Positions 9,617-18,066 of a stretch of DNA of 64,000 nt are shown one piece after another. Each line of letters begins with the position of its first letter. Within the stretch, counting starts at the first letter, position 1. This stretch comes from Deltaproteobacteria bacterium HGW-Deltaproteobacteria-13. Its GTDB lineage: Bacteria; Desulfobacterota; Syntrophia; Syntrophales; Smithellaceae. The notes below the pieces were generated by a model that had not been told where the DNA came from, did no database searches, and saw only the letters and a list, made by a program, of their open reading frames with translations. Where the stretch lies: NCBI GenBank assembly GCA_002840555.1, contig PHBJ01000005.1, positions 174,045 to 238,044 of the forward strand. Direction: 5' to 3'. Made by a program: the position numbers and the translations under genes.

Positions 9617-10707
9617 GATTTCATCTCCTCAATCACTGCGGCAATAATTTTCGGATCAATGTCTCCGTCGATAAACGGCATCCCTATTTTTTTCAATAAA
9701 ACAAAATGGACAATATCACCTTTTTTCTTCTTATCCATCTTCAACCGGGCGATAATCTTATCACTGTCCAAAGACTTCGGTATCTTGAAGGGAAGTCCCG
9801 CATCGCGCACAAGAGCTTCAATGCGTTTGGTCTCATCGCTTTTCAGGTAGCCCGTTTTTTCGGAAATTCGCGCGGCGGCTATCATTCCCAGCCCCACGCC
9901 CTCGCCATGCGTTACCGTATATTGGGAAATTGTTTCCAGCGCGTGGCCCAGCGTGTGACCGAAATTAAGAATGCGTCTCAACCCCTGCTCTTTTTCATCA
10001 ATCTCGACAATGGATTTCTTGATCTGGCAGCAACTCTCCACAATATTGAGCAGGAGTTTCGGATCTTTTGACTTTATCGCGTCCATATTTGTTTCGAGAT
10101 TTCGAAACATTTTTTCATCGTCGATAATGCCGTATTTAATAATTTCCGCCAGGCCGTTGTTAAATTCTTTTTCCGGCAGCGTATCCAAAAAACTCAGGTT
10201 CGCAAACACGGCGCGCGGCTGATAAAAGGTTCCCAGCAAATTTTTCCCGTGGGGAAGGTCAATGCCCGTTTTTCCGCCGATGCTGCTGTCCACCTGCGCG
10301 ACCAGCGTGGTGGGAATCTGAACATACGGAACAGAACGCATAAATATCGAGGCGACAAATCCGGCGATATCGCCGACGACGCCACCGCCTAGAGCAATCA
10401 GACACGTCTCCCGGTCAGATCCCGATTCCATTAATTTTCCCGCGATATCCATCACCGTATTCATATTTTTAGAAGCCTCTCCAGCCGGGAAATCAATCAG
10501 GGATGCGTTCAATCCGATCTCTTTCAAACCGGCGAGAAACTGTTTCCCGTAAAGCTTGCCGACGCAATCGTCGGTAATCACCCCATAACGCCCCGCTTTA
10601 TGATTCTTGGCGATAAGCAGGATCATCCGGTCCAATATATCTTTACCGATGCGGATTTCATAAGAGGACACACATTTCTTATCAAGATTAACTTTTACCG
10701 ATCGCAT
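9613..10707 (-). CDS. aroB: 3-dehydroquinate synthase
   Basis: GGGVVGDIAGFVAS and HTLGHALE motifs. 364 aa. Confidence 0.9.
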   Translation of the reverse strand: MRSVKVNLDKKCVSSYEIRIGKDILDRMILLIAKNHKAGRYGVITDDCVGKLYGKQFLAGLKEIGLNASLIDFPAGEASKNMNTVMDIAGKLMESGSDRETCLIALGGGVVGDIAGFVASIFMRSVPYVQIPTTLVAQVDSSIGGKTGIDLPHGKNLLGTFYQPRAVFANLSFLDTLPEKEFNNGLAEIIKYGIIDDEKMFRNLETNMDAIKSKDPKLLLNIVESCCQIKKSIVEIDEKEQGLRRILNFGHTLGHALETISQYTVTHGEGVGLGMIAAARISEKTGYLKSDETKRIEALVRDAGLPFKIPKSLDSDKIIARLKMDKKKKGDIVHFVLLKKIGMPFIDGDIDPKIIAAVIEEMKS

Positions 10708-10738
10708 AGATTTATCCTTTCCATTTCCGCAGAAATTT

Positions 10739-11749
10739 TTAATGTCTCATGGCCGCGGTAATCGCTCTTAATTCGTCCATGAGTTGATAGAATTTCGCGG
10801 GCTTCAAAGACTGCGCACCGTCGGAAACCGCTTTTTCCGGCTCGGGATGCACTTCCACAATGATGCCGTCAGCGCCCACTGCAACCGCCGCGCGGGACAG
10901 CGGAATCACATACTTCCAGTTTCCGGCGGCATGGCTGGGATCAACAATAACCGGCAGATGCGTTAAACTTTTCAATACGGGAACAGCGCTGATATCCAAC
11001 GTGTTCCTTGTGGCCGTTTCAAACGTTCTGATGCCCCGTTCACAGAGAATCACATTGGGATTACCTTCGGAAAGAATATATTCCGCCGACATCAGCAGCT
11101 CTTCAATAGTCGTCATCATGCCTCTTTTAAGCAGCACCGGTTTGCGCGAATGGCCGACTTTTTTCAGCAAGGCGAAGTTCTGGACATTACGCGCGCCGAT
11201 CTGCAGCATATCGGCGAATGATTCCACAAGATCGACATCAGCCGGATTGACCACCTCGGTCACCGTCGGCAAACCCGTTCTCGAACTGACATAATTCAAT
11301 ATTTTCAAACCTTCTTCTTCCATACCCTGGAAACTGTATGGCGAGGTGCGCGGCTTGTAAGCGCCCCCTCTGAGAATCTGAGCGCCGCCCTTTTTGGCCA
11401 CATAGGCGGACTCCAGTAATTGTTCTTCGCTTTCAATCGCGCAGGGACCGGCGATGACCACGAAATCCGGACCGCCGATTTTTGCGGAACCTACGAAAAC
11501 CTCCGTATTACCATCGTGTGATTCGATGCTGGCCAGTTTGTAGGGTTTTAAAATAGGCATCGTTTTTTCCACGCCCGGCAAAGATTCGGCGTATTTGAGA
11601 ATATCCTTGCCGCGGTTGTCACCAACGGCTCCGATGATTGTCCTTTCCACACCGATGGAAGGATGCGCTTTATATCCGACAGACTCAATCCACTGAATCA
11701 CTTCTTCAATTTGTTTTTCGGTCGCTTGATTTTTCATTACAATAATCAT
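10739..11749 (-). CDS. aroF: 3-deoxy-7-phosphoheptulonate (DAHP) synthase, type I-beta with an N-terminal regulatory domain
   Basis: GPCAIES and KPRTSPYSFQG motifs. Start trimmed to ATG 11749 (MIIVMKNQ), which is preceded by AGGAGG. Confidence 0.85.
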   Translation of the reverse strand: MIIVMKNQATEKQIEEVIQWIESVGYKAHPSIGVERTIIGAVGDNRGKDILKYAESLPGVEKTMPILKPYKLASIESHDGNTEVFVGSAKIGGPDFVVIAGPCAIESEEQLLESAYVAKKGGAQILRGGAYKPRTSPYSFQGMEEEGLKILNYVSSRTGLPTVTEVVNPADVDLVESFADMLQIGARNVQNFALLKKVGHSRKPVLLKRGMMTTIEELLMSAEYILSEGNPNVILCERGIRTFETATRNTLDISAVPVLKSLTHLPVIVDPSHAAGNWKYVIPLSRAAVAVGADGIIVEVHPEPEKAVSDGAQSLKPAKFYQLMDELRAITAAMRH

Positions 11750-11764
11750 TATCTTGTCCTCCTG

Positions 11765-11803
11765 AATAATAAAAAAGGCCATGACTTTTGCCGCCACGGC
11801 CTT
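11765..11803 (-). terminator. Intrinsic terminator-like hairpin immediately upstream of the aro operon RBS (attenuator candidate)
   Basis: Minus strand AAGGCCGUG-(11 nt loop)-CAUGGCCUU followed by UUUUUAUU. It ends about 15 nt before the AGGAGG of the DAHP synthase gene. Confidence 0.65.
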
Positions 11804-11847
11804 AAAAACAGTAAAGCCATGGAAGCTCTTTCGATCTACCCATGGCT
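11802..11847 (-). promoter_or_regulatory. Upstream hairpin plus candidate 13-aa leader ORF (MGRSKELPWLYCF)
   Basis: AGCCATGG/CCATGGCT 8-bp stem at 11815-11847. The ATG at 11843 opens a 13-codon ORF that ends at TAA 11804-11802, abutting the terminator 5-prime arm. No good SD precedes it. Confidence 0.35.
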
Positions 11848-12049
11848 GTTTTGGTTTATCTTACCTTAACAAGTCCTCCTCAGCGCTGGGCAGACCAATG
11901 TAAAATAGGTATAATACCAGTAAGCAAAAAAATTGTTATTTACATTTAGTTTTCTGACCATCGTGAAAATCCTATCTTTTAATGATTCACTACTTAATGA
12001 AACGCAATAAATTTGTCAAGAAAAATTTTTTGAACGGATTATCTTCAAT

Positions 12050-12550
12050 TTATTTGCAGGCCAGCATCGTCCCGCGGCAGTTGGGCGCCCCGCACAGACA
12101 GGCATGTTCCTGCTTGACTTTTTTTGTCAACCGGCCGTCGATCATCAGGCCGTAATCGTAAAAGAGTTCCTCGCCCGCTTCGATGTCGCGCAGGGCTTTA
12201 AGAAAAACGCGCATGCCTTCCTGCTCGGCTTCCATATTGGGTTCGCAGGAATGATTGATCCATCTGGCCGTGTTGCCCTGCTGCCTGGCATCAATAACGT
12301 GGCCGTCGTCCAGATGGAAATAAAAGGTGTGGTTCGGCTGGCTCGGATCATGGGGGTGAAGGGCCTGCGCTTTGCGCCACGTGATGATTTTTCCCTTGTA
12401 CTCCAGCACCCTGTCGCCCGCCTTGATGGAACGAACGGCGTACACGCCCTTGCCATGAATACCCGATTCGCGCACCTGCGTGCGGCGTCCGCCCGCGGAA
12501 GCGCGGGACATTTGAGCAGACAGCTTGATTTTATTCTTGTCTTGTGTCAA
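12050..12550 (-). CDS. SET domain protein (putative lysine methyltransferase)
   Basis: NHSCEPN, ELFYDYG and post-SET CLCGAPNC motifs. Confidence 0.8.
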   Translation of the reverse strand: MTQDKNKIKLSAQMSRASAGGRRTQVRESGIHGKGVYAVRSIKAGDRVLEYKGKIITWRKAQALHPHDPSQPNHTFYFHLDDGHVIDARQQGNTARWINHSCEPNMEAEQEGMRVFLKALRDIEAGEELFYDYGLMIDGRLTKKVKQEHACLCGAPNCRGTMLACK

Positions 12551-12650
12551 GGGATATAAGCTTCCTTATAAGAGGTGGGCGTATATATAAAGAATGGTCT
12601 TGCCGGTCAAGAAAATTCTATAAAAAATATTATTTAAAAGAGAGTAGCCT

Positions 12651-14783
12651 ATGGAAAAATTTTTCGATCCAAAATCAGTTGTTGTCATCGGAGCCTCAAA
12701 TTCCCCCTTCAACCTGGGAGCCACCATCTGTAACATGCTTAAGGATTACCTCAAGTATCCGGGAGCCGTATATGCCGTAAATTCTAAAGGCGAAGTGGTG
12801 AACGGTTATCCGGGATATTCCTCGGTGCTGGATCTCCCCGAAATACCTGATCTGGCGGTCATCATCGTTGCGGCAAAAAATGTTCCCGGCATTATCAAGG
12901 ATTGCGCCGGTAAAGGCATCAAGCGGATCATCATCGAGAGCGCCGGTTTTTCCGAAGGCGGGGAAAAGGGCGAAGCGATGCAGCGCGAGATTGACGACGT
13001 CGCCAGGGCCCATGGAATCCGCATCATGGGGCCGAACTGCCTGGGGACACTGGACACCCGCAAAAAATTCTGTTGTTTCTACGGCGTCAACCCGAGCCTG
13101 GTCGAAATGGGCCAGATATTCGAGACCCCGGGCAACATTTCCTATATCATCCAGAGCGGTGGAATTGTTGTACTGGTTATTGAATCACTCTATTACGATC
13201 TCGTGGGTGTGAACAAGGTCGTCAGCATCGGCAATAAATGCGATGTGGATGAGGCAGACCTCATCGATTACTTTCAAAAAGATGAGACTGAAGTCATCGG
13301 CATATATCTGGAGAATATCTCCGACGGCCGCAAGCTCATGGAGGCCGCCAGGAAGTCGCGTAAACCGGTCCTGATCTATAAAGTGGGCCGGACACACGAA
13401 GGCGCAATGGCGGCCATGTCCCATACGGCGGGAATGGCCAACAATGATTGGATCTTTGAGAGCGCCTGCAAGCAGTCGGGAATCATCCGCCTCAAATCCA
13501 TCGACGAACTCCACTCGCTGCCCAAAATGCTCACGGAAATGCCTCTCTTGAAAGGGAAACGGGTTGCCATGTTTACAAATTCCGGGGCCTTCGGCAGTAT
13601 CAGCGCCGATCTGCTGGTGGAAGCAGGCTTGCAGGTTGTACGCCTCTCCCCGCAGACGCAGGAAAAGCTGAAAAAAGCGGGGCAGGTCTTTAATATCAAG
13701 AACCCCGTGGATATCGGTCCCGCTCCGCCGCAGACCTACCTCGATATCTTCGAGATCCTTCTTTCCGCGGATGAGGTAGACGGTCTTTTGCCCCTCCTGA
13801 GCGTCTGGCAGACCTTCGTCATCGATACCCTTCTGGAACTTTTGAAGATGTGCAAGCATTACAATAAGCCCGCGGCCATCTACACGCCGAACGCTCTTGC
13901 CAAGTCCATTGCCATTCGCGCCAAACATCGTATCCCGATATTTGAAACAGCGGAGCAGGCGGTGCGGGCGCTGTCGGTTTCCAATTACTATTACGAATCA
14001 TCCCTGGGAAGGAATTTTATTGCAGCAAATGGGAGTGCCGGAGAAGAAAGGATCACCGGCAGCGTGGCGGAAATAAATACCCTTGCGCCGGAAAACGAAA
14101 AAGAGGTGAAAACTATTTTATTAAAAGCCGTCGAAAGCGGCCACCCATCATTATCGGAGTATGAATCCAAGCGCATCATCGCCGCCGCCGGTGTTCCCGT
14201 AACGAAAGAAGTATTGGTTCATTCCCGGCAGGAGGCGCAAGAGCAGGCGGCACGAATCGGTTTTCCGGTTGTTCTCAAAGGATCGTCCCCGGCATTAACG
14301 CATAAAACAGAGATGGGGATGGTCCGCGTGAACCTCAAGGATGCACAGGATGTAGCGCAGGCGTTTGATGAACTCATGGCAAAAGAGATCGTTCTGGATG
14401 GCGTTCTTATTCAGGAGATGGTGAAAGGAAACCGGGAATTTGTCATCGGCCTTACCCGCGATCCCCAGTTCGGCCCCTGCGTCATGTTCGGCATCGGCGG
14501 CATTTTCACGGAGGCCATCAAAGACGTGAGTTTCCGCGTCGCCCCCCTGACTGAAGATGATGCCAGAAAAATGATTCGTGAGATCAGAGAGGTGAAACTC
14601 CTTGATGCCTTCCGAGGGGAGAGCGCCGTCGATATGGATATTCTGGTAAAAGCCCTGGTAGGCATCGGCAATCTGGGAATGACGTGTGAAGACATCGCCG
14701 AGATTGACATTAACCCCCTGATTGTGAAGGATGGCCGGCCCGTTGCCGTTGACGCCCTTGTTGTTCTGAAGGCTCGCCGATAA
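12651..14783 (+). CDS. ADP-forming acetyl-CoA synthetase (fused CoA-binding and ATP-grasp domains)
   Basis: 710 aa. N-terminal succinyl-CoA-synthetase-like CoA-binding region, central ligase-CoA domain and C-terminal ATP-grasp region. Confidence 0.8.
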   Translation: MEKFFDPKSVVVIGASNSPFNLGATICNMLKDYLKYPGAVYAVNSKGEVVNGYPGYSSVLDLPEIPDLAVIIVAAKNVPGIIKDCAGKGIKRIIIESAGFSEGGEKGEAMQREIDDVARAHGIRIMGPNCLGTLDTRKKFCCFYGVNPSLVEMGQIFETPGNISYIIQSGGIVVLVIESLYYDLVGVNKVVSIGNKCDVDEADLIDYFQKDETEVIGIYLENISDGRKLMEAARKSRKPVLIYKVGRTHEGAMAAMSHTAGMANNDWIFESACKQSGIIRLKSIDELHSLPKMLTEMPLLKGKRVAMFTNSGAFGSISADLLVEAGLQVVRLSPQTQEKLKKAGQVFNIKNPVDIGPAPPQTYLDIFEILLSADEVDGLLPLLSVWQTFVIDTLLELLKMCKHYNKPAAIYTPNALAKSIAIRAKHRIPIFETAEQAVRALSVSNYYYESSLGRNFIAANGSAGEERITGSVAEINTLAPENEKEVKTILLKAVESGHPSLSEYESKRIIAAAGVPVTKEVLVHSRQEAQEQAARIGFPVVLKGSSPALTHKTEMGMVRVNLKDAQDVAQAFDELMAKEIVLDGVLIQEMVKGNREFVIGLTRDPQFGPCVMFGIGGIFTEAIKDVSFRVAPLTEDDARKMIREIREVKLLDAFRGESAVDMDILVKALVGIGNLGMTCEDIAEIDINPLIVKDGRPVAVDALVVLKARR

Positions 14784-14887
14784 CCATGACCGGAAATCTT
14801 TACGATGACGTCCTTTTCTAAAGGAGGTTCGGGAGGATTTTATATTACAAACAATATTATTCATAGCCTCGCCTGAACAGAGATTTT

Positions 14888-15352
14888 ATGCAGATATTTG
14901 TTGACGCGGACGCATTTCCAAACGTAATTAAGGATATCCTGATCAAGGCCTCTTTGCGTCTGAATGTGCCGTTGGTTTTTGTGGCCAATAAACCGCTGCG
15001 GCTGGACAGGCATGCGCATATTTCAATCATCCTTGTTCCGGAAGGTCCGGATGTGGCCGATGACCGCATCGCGGAGCAGGTGCAGCCGGGCGACCTGGTC
15101 ATCACAGCCGATATCCCGCTTGCCGACCGGGTGGTGAACAAAAAAGCTTTCGCGATGAATCCCCGGGGAAAGCTCTATACCGAGGATAACATCAAAGACA
15201 GGCTGGCCATGCGTGATCTGCTCAACGAGCTGAGAAATAACGGCGCGATAACCGGCGGCCCCGCCGTTTTCAATCAAAAAGACCGCCAGGCATTTGCCAA
15301 TCAGCTGGACAGCTTTTTAATCAGACAACTTAAAGCAGAAAGATCAATTTAA
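14888..15352 (+). CDS. YaiI/YqxD family protein (UPF0178)
   Basis: N-terminus MQIFVDADAFPNVIKD and the 154-aa size are typical of the family. Confidence 0.7.
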   Translation: MQIFVDADAFPNVIKDILIKASLRLNVPLVFVANKPLRLDRHAHISIILVPEGPDVADDRIAEQVQPGDLVITADIPLADRVVNKKAFAMNPRGKLYTEDNIKDRLAMRDLLNELRNNGAITGGPAVFNQKDRQAFANQLDSFLIRQLKAERSI

Positions 15353-15371
15353 GGGACGATGTTTCTCACGC

Positions 15372-16316
15372 ATGACACGAACAAGAATCATAACATCTAT
15401 CGTTCCACCTCTTCCATCGGCCCGGCGTCTGGATAGCTATTGTGCCAACCGCTTCACTTACCTGACGAAGGACCAATGGATGGAAGAAATTGTTAAAGGC
15501 AAGTTAACGCTTGACGGTGAGATTGCCATCGATCCGGCCATAGCTCTAAAAGGCGGCGAAATTCTTTCCTGGGACGGCAGCGGCATCGTTGAACCGGCCG
15601 TTGATGATGGAATAACGATCCTCTACGAGGACAAGTGTTTTGTTGCTGTCAATAAAACAGGGAACTTGCCCGTCCATCCCTCGGGACGATATTTCAACAA
15701 TACGCTTGTTGCCATGGTAGAAGATCGCTACGGGTGCAAGGTTTATCCGGCGCACCGCATCGATCGCGAAACATCGGGGGTTATCCTGCTGGCCTTCGAT
15801 GGGAAAGGCGCGGCAAGCCTTTCCGAAGCGCTGGCGAAGGGATCAAAGGAATATCTGGCTTTGGTGCACGGCAATTTCCCTGATGTGGAGTTGATCGTCG
15901 ATTTGCCTCTCGGACGCGATATTGAATCTGCCGTAAAAAAGAAACGCAAGGCGTGGCCGGGCGGAACCCAAAGTGCCGTCACAAGATTTCAGAAAGTCCT
16001 CGCAGCCGGTGATATTTCTCTAATCCGCTGTTTCCCAAAAACGGGAAGACTCAATCAGATACGCGCTCATTTGCATTCCGCCGGGTTTCCGATTGTCGGG
16101 GACAAACTCTATGGAAGGGACGAGACGGCATTTCTTCAATTTATTGAACACGGTCTAACCGCCGAGCTGGAGGAGCGCCTTCTTTTGCCGCGTTCCGCTT
16201 TGCATGCGTCCCGACTGATTTTTTTGCACCCGCTAAACAAAAAAGAGATGATCATCGAGGCGCCTCTGCCCAAAATGTTTTCCGATTATATTCATTCGAA
16301 AAGAGCCGATGGCTGA
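15372..16316 (+). CDS. RluA-family pseudouridine synthase
   Basis: Catalytic motif HRIDRETSGVILLA and an N-terminal S4-like region. Confidence 0.85.
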   Translation: MTRTRIITSIVPPLPSARRLDSYCANRFTYLTKDQWMEEIVKGKLTLDGEIAIDPAIALKGGEILSWDGSGIVEPAVDDGITILYEDKCFVAVNKTGNLPVHPSGRYFNNTLVAMVEDRYGCKVYPAHRIDRETSGVILLAFDGKGAASLSEALAKGSKEYLALVHGNFPDVELIVDLPLGRDIESAVKKKRKAWPGGTQSAVTRFQKVLAAGDISLIRCFPKTGRLNQIRAHLHSAGFPIVGDKLYGRDETAFLQFIEHGLTAELEERLLLPRSALHASRLIFLHPLNKKEMIIEAPLPKMFSDYIHSKRADG

Positions 16317-16372
16317 TGGACACATCCGGTGGGGCAAGTATTGATTGTATTTGGATTTGCCATATAATACCA

Positions 16373-16425
16373 TTTCTAAATCAAAGATGATATTGCGGCA
16401 GCCAGGCGAAGACGACGATATTTTC
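16373..16425. repeat. Half-copy of the TTTCTAAATCAAAG-terminated element
   Basis: tttctaaatcaaagatgatattgcggcagccagg closely matches the reverse complement of 5136-5169. Confidence 0.65.
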
Positions 16426-16457
16426 ATTGGCTGTGTCTAATGAAATAATGAAGAATT

Positions 16458-17531
16458 CTATAGAACCCCTCTCTTCCTGGCCAGAGTAAGCATCTGTTCA
16501 AAGGAATTCTTCGGAGGGATTTTTCTTTTTTCTTCCGGTTTTACTTCGAGGGAAATCGCGTCAGAGGGGCAGGTCATGACACAGAGTCCGCAACCGATGC
16601 ATCTGTCGTAATCAATGACGGCGATTCCTTCATGATCCATCGAAATCGCTTCCATCTGACACCGGTCAATACAGATTTCGCATCCGGAACAGTTTTCACC
16701 GAGCACCGCGGCCTGATGGTTGGAATAAACTAAATCGGCCGGTTTCGGATCAAGTTTTATCGCTCTTAAAATTCCACAGCAATCGCCGCAGCAGTTGCAC
16801 ATGCCGCCGGGGTTCTGTGACGTTGCCGGCTGGGTGACAAGACCGGCCTGATGCGCCCCTTGCAGGATCGTGACAGCTTCGTCATACGAAATTTTCCGTC
16901 CCATCTTATTATCAAGATAATATTTTGCCATGGACCCGAACATGAAGCAGACCTCAACCGGTTTTCCGCATGCTTCATCAATCACCGCCTTGCTTTTTCT
17001 GCAGATACAGTCTGTTATGACAATCAGGTCGACTTTTGAGAAAATCGCGCAGGCATCATCAAAGGCGGCCACTTGCCTTTCTATATTGATTGATTCCTGA
17101 ACGGGTATGGTCCTTAAGAAAAGACCGCCGCTGCCGGCAATCGCCTTCCGAAGACCATCCTGAAAATATTTTTCAAACGCAAGGACTTTCTCTTTGCTGA
17201 GTTTTCTGATTTGAAATTCCAGAAGCCCATGCATAAAAGGAATTGCTCCGTATTTAACTTCGTTATCCTTTCTTAATCTGAAAAGCAGCCCCCTGGCGGC
17301 CATGTCTTCAAGCCGGCGGGCAACTTCAGCGGGGTCCTGCCCTAACCTTCCGGCTACGGATTCGGAGGTTTCCAGCATGGGCGTCATCTGGATGAAATAC
17401 CCGGCTTCCTCTTTTGTGAATAACTCTTTTAATATTTCTATTTCGATACCGGATTCAGTGGCCGGAAAACCCAGTGAATAAGTATCAAGTTGTTTTTGCA
17501 GTTTTCTGTAGAGATCTTCTTCCATCGTCAT
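16458..17531 (-). CDS. 4Fe-4S dicluster domain protein with an extra CNCCxxCC cluster
   Basis: CSGCEICIDRC and CIGCGLCVMTCP ferredoxin motifs plus CNCCGDCC. Paralog of 61481-62563. Confidence 0.7.
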   Translation of the reverse strand: MTMEEDLYRKLQKQLDTYSLGFPATESGIEIEILKELFTKEEAGYFIQMTPMLETSESVAGRLGQDPAEVARRLEDMAARGLLFRLRKDNEVKYGAIPFMHGLLEFQIRKLSKEKVLAFEKYFQDGLRKAIAGSGGLFLRTIPVQESINIERQVAAFDDACAIFSKVDLIVITDCICRKSKAVIDEACGKPVEVCFMFGSMAKYYLDNKMGRKISYDEAVTILQGAHQAGLVTQPATSQNPGGMCNCCGDCCGILRAIKLDPKPADLVYSNHQAAVLGENCSGCEICIDRCQMEAISMDHEGIAVIDYDRCIGCGLCVMTCPSDAISLEVKPEEKRKIPPKNSFEQMLTLARKRGVL

Positions 17532-17542
17532 TTACTCCTGTG

Positions 17543-17917
17543 TCATTTCATCAAAGCCGTCCGGTCGAAATAAACCTCATTTCTCGTAATCAGATTCTCA
17601 GAGACTTCGACGATATCCAATCCCATGGTTGTGATTTTATCATTACCAACGGGAAGCGCCAATTCCCACTTGAGAACAAATCCTTTTTCGGTAGGAATTA
17701 TTTCTACAGCCCGATAACTCCAGTCAGGATACCGGGACAACAATTTTTCAAAATATATTTTTATGTCCTCATGGCCTGTTAACCCCATGGGAAGCATCGC
17801 ATCCAGATAAAAGGCATTCTCGTCATAGAAAGACAGCAGACGTTTAACTGCCGCCTTACCTCCCGTCCAAGCTGAAAGCCATTGATCACAAAATTCCTTC
17901 GCATTGTCATGATTCAT
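17543..17917 (-). CDS. NTF2-like / SnoaL-like small protein
   Basis: Only the 124-aa size and sequence pattern support this, so the assignment is weak. Confidence 0.4.
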   Translation of the reverse strand: MNHDNAKEFCDQWLSAWTGGKAAVKRLLSFYDENAFYLDAMLPMGLTGHEDIKIYFEKLLSRYPDWSYRAVEIIPTEKGFVLKWELALPVGNDKITTMGLDIVEVSENLITRNEVYFDRTALMK

Positions 17918-18066
17918 AGCTATCCTCCTTTTGTTTCTTGAACAGTTATTTTTTATTTTTTCCCTGATCTTTGCCTTGATTTAAACCGGCAAAATTACCT
18001 ACGGTATGCGTAAAATATAAGGAGTCCCCTTTGTGTGTCAATACCTATCTTTCTTATTTTTTATGA

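Noticed and set aside
11750-12049. T-box or other known riboswitch upstream of the aro operon.
   Set aside because: I could not find the conserved T-box sequence or any aptamer core I recognise. Only the hairpin/terminator arrangement is supported.
13185-13928. 247-aa minus-strand ORF, plus other long antisense ORFs such as 14295-14864, 18246-18830, 20391-21056, 23741-24640, 29575-30114, 41303-41977 and 54781-55371.
   Set aside because: Each lies entirely antisense to a gene with strong family motifs. None has a recognisable motif of its own, and their composition is low-complexity and Arg/Gly/Pro-biased. They are shadow ORFs typical of GC-balanced coding DNA.
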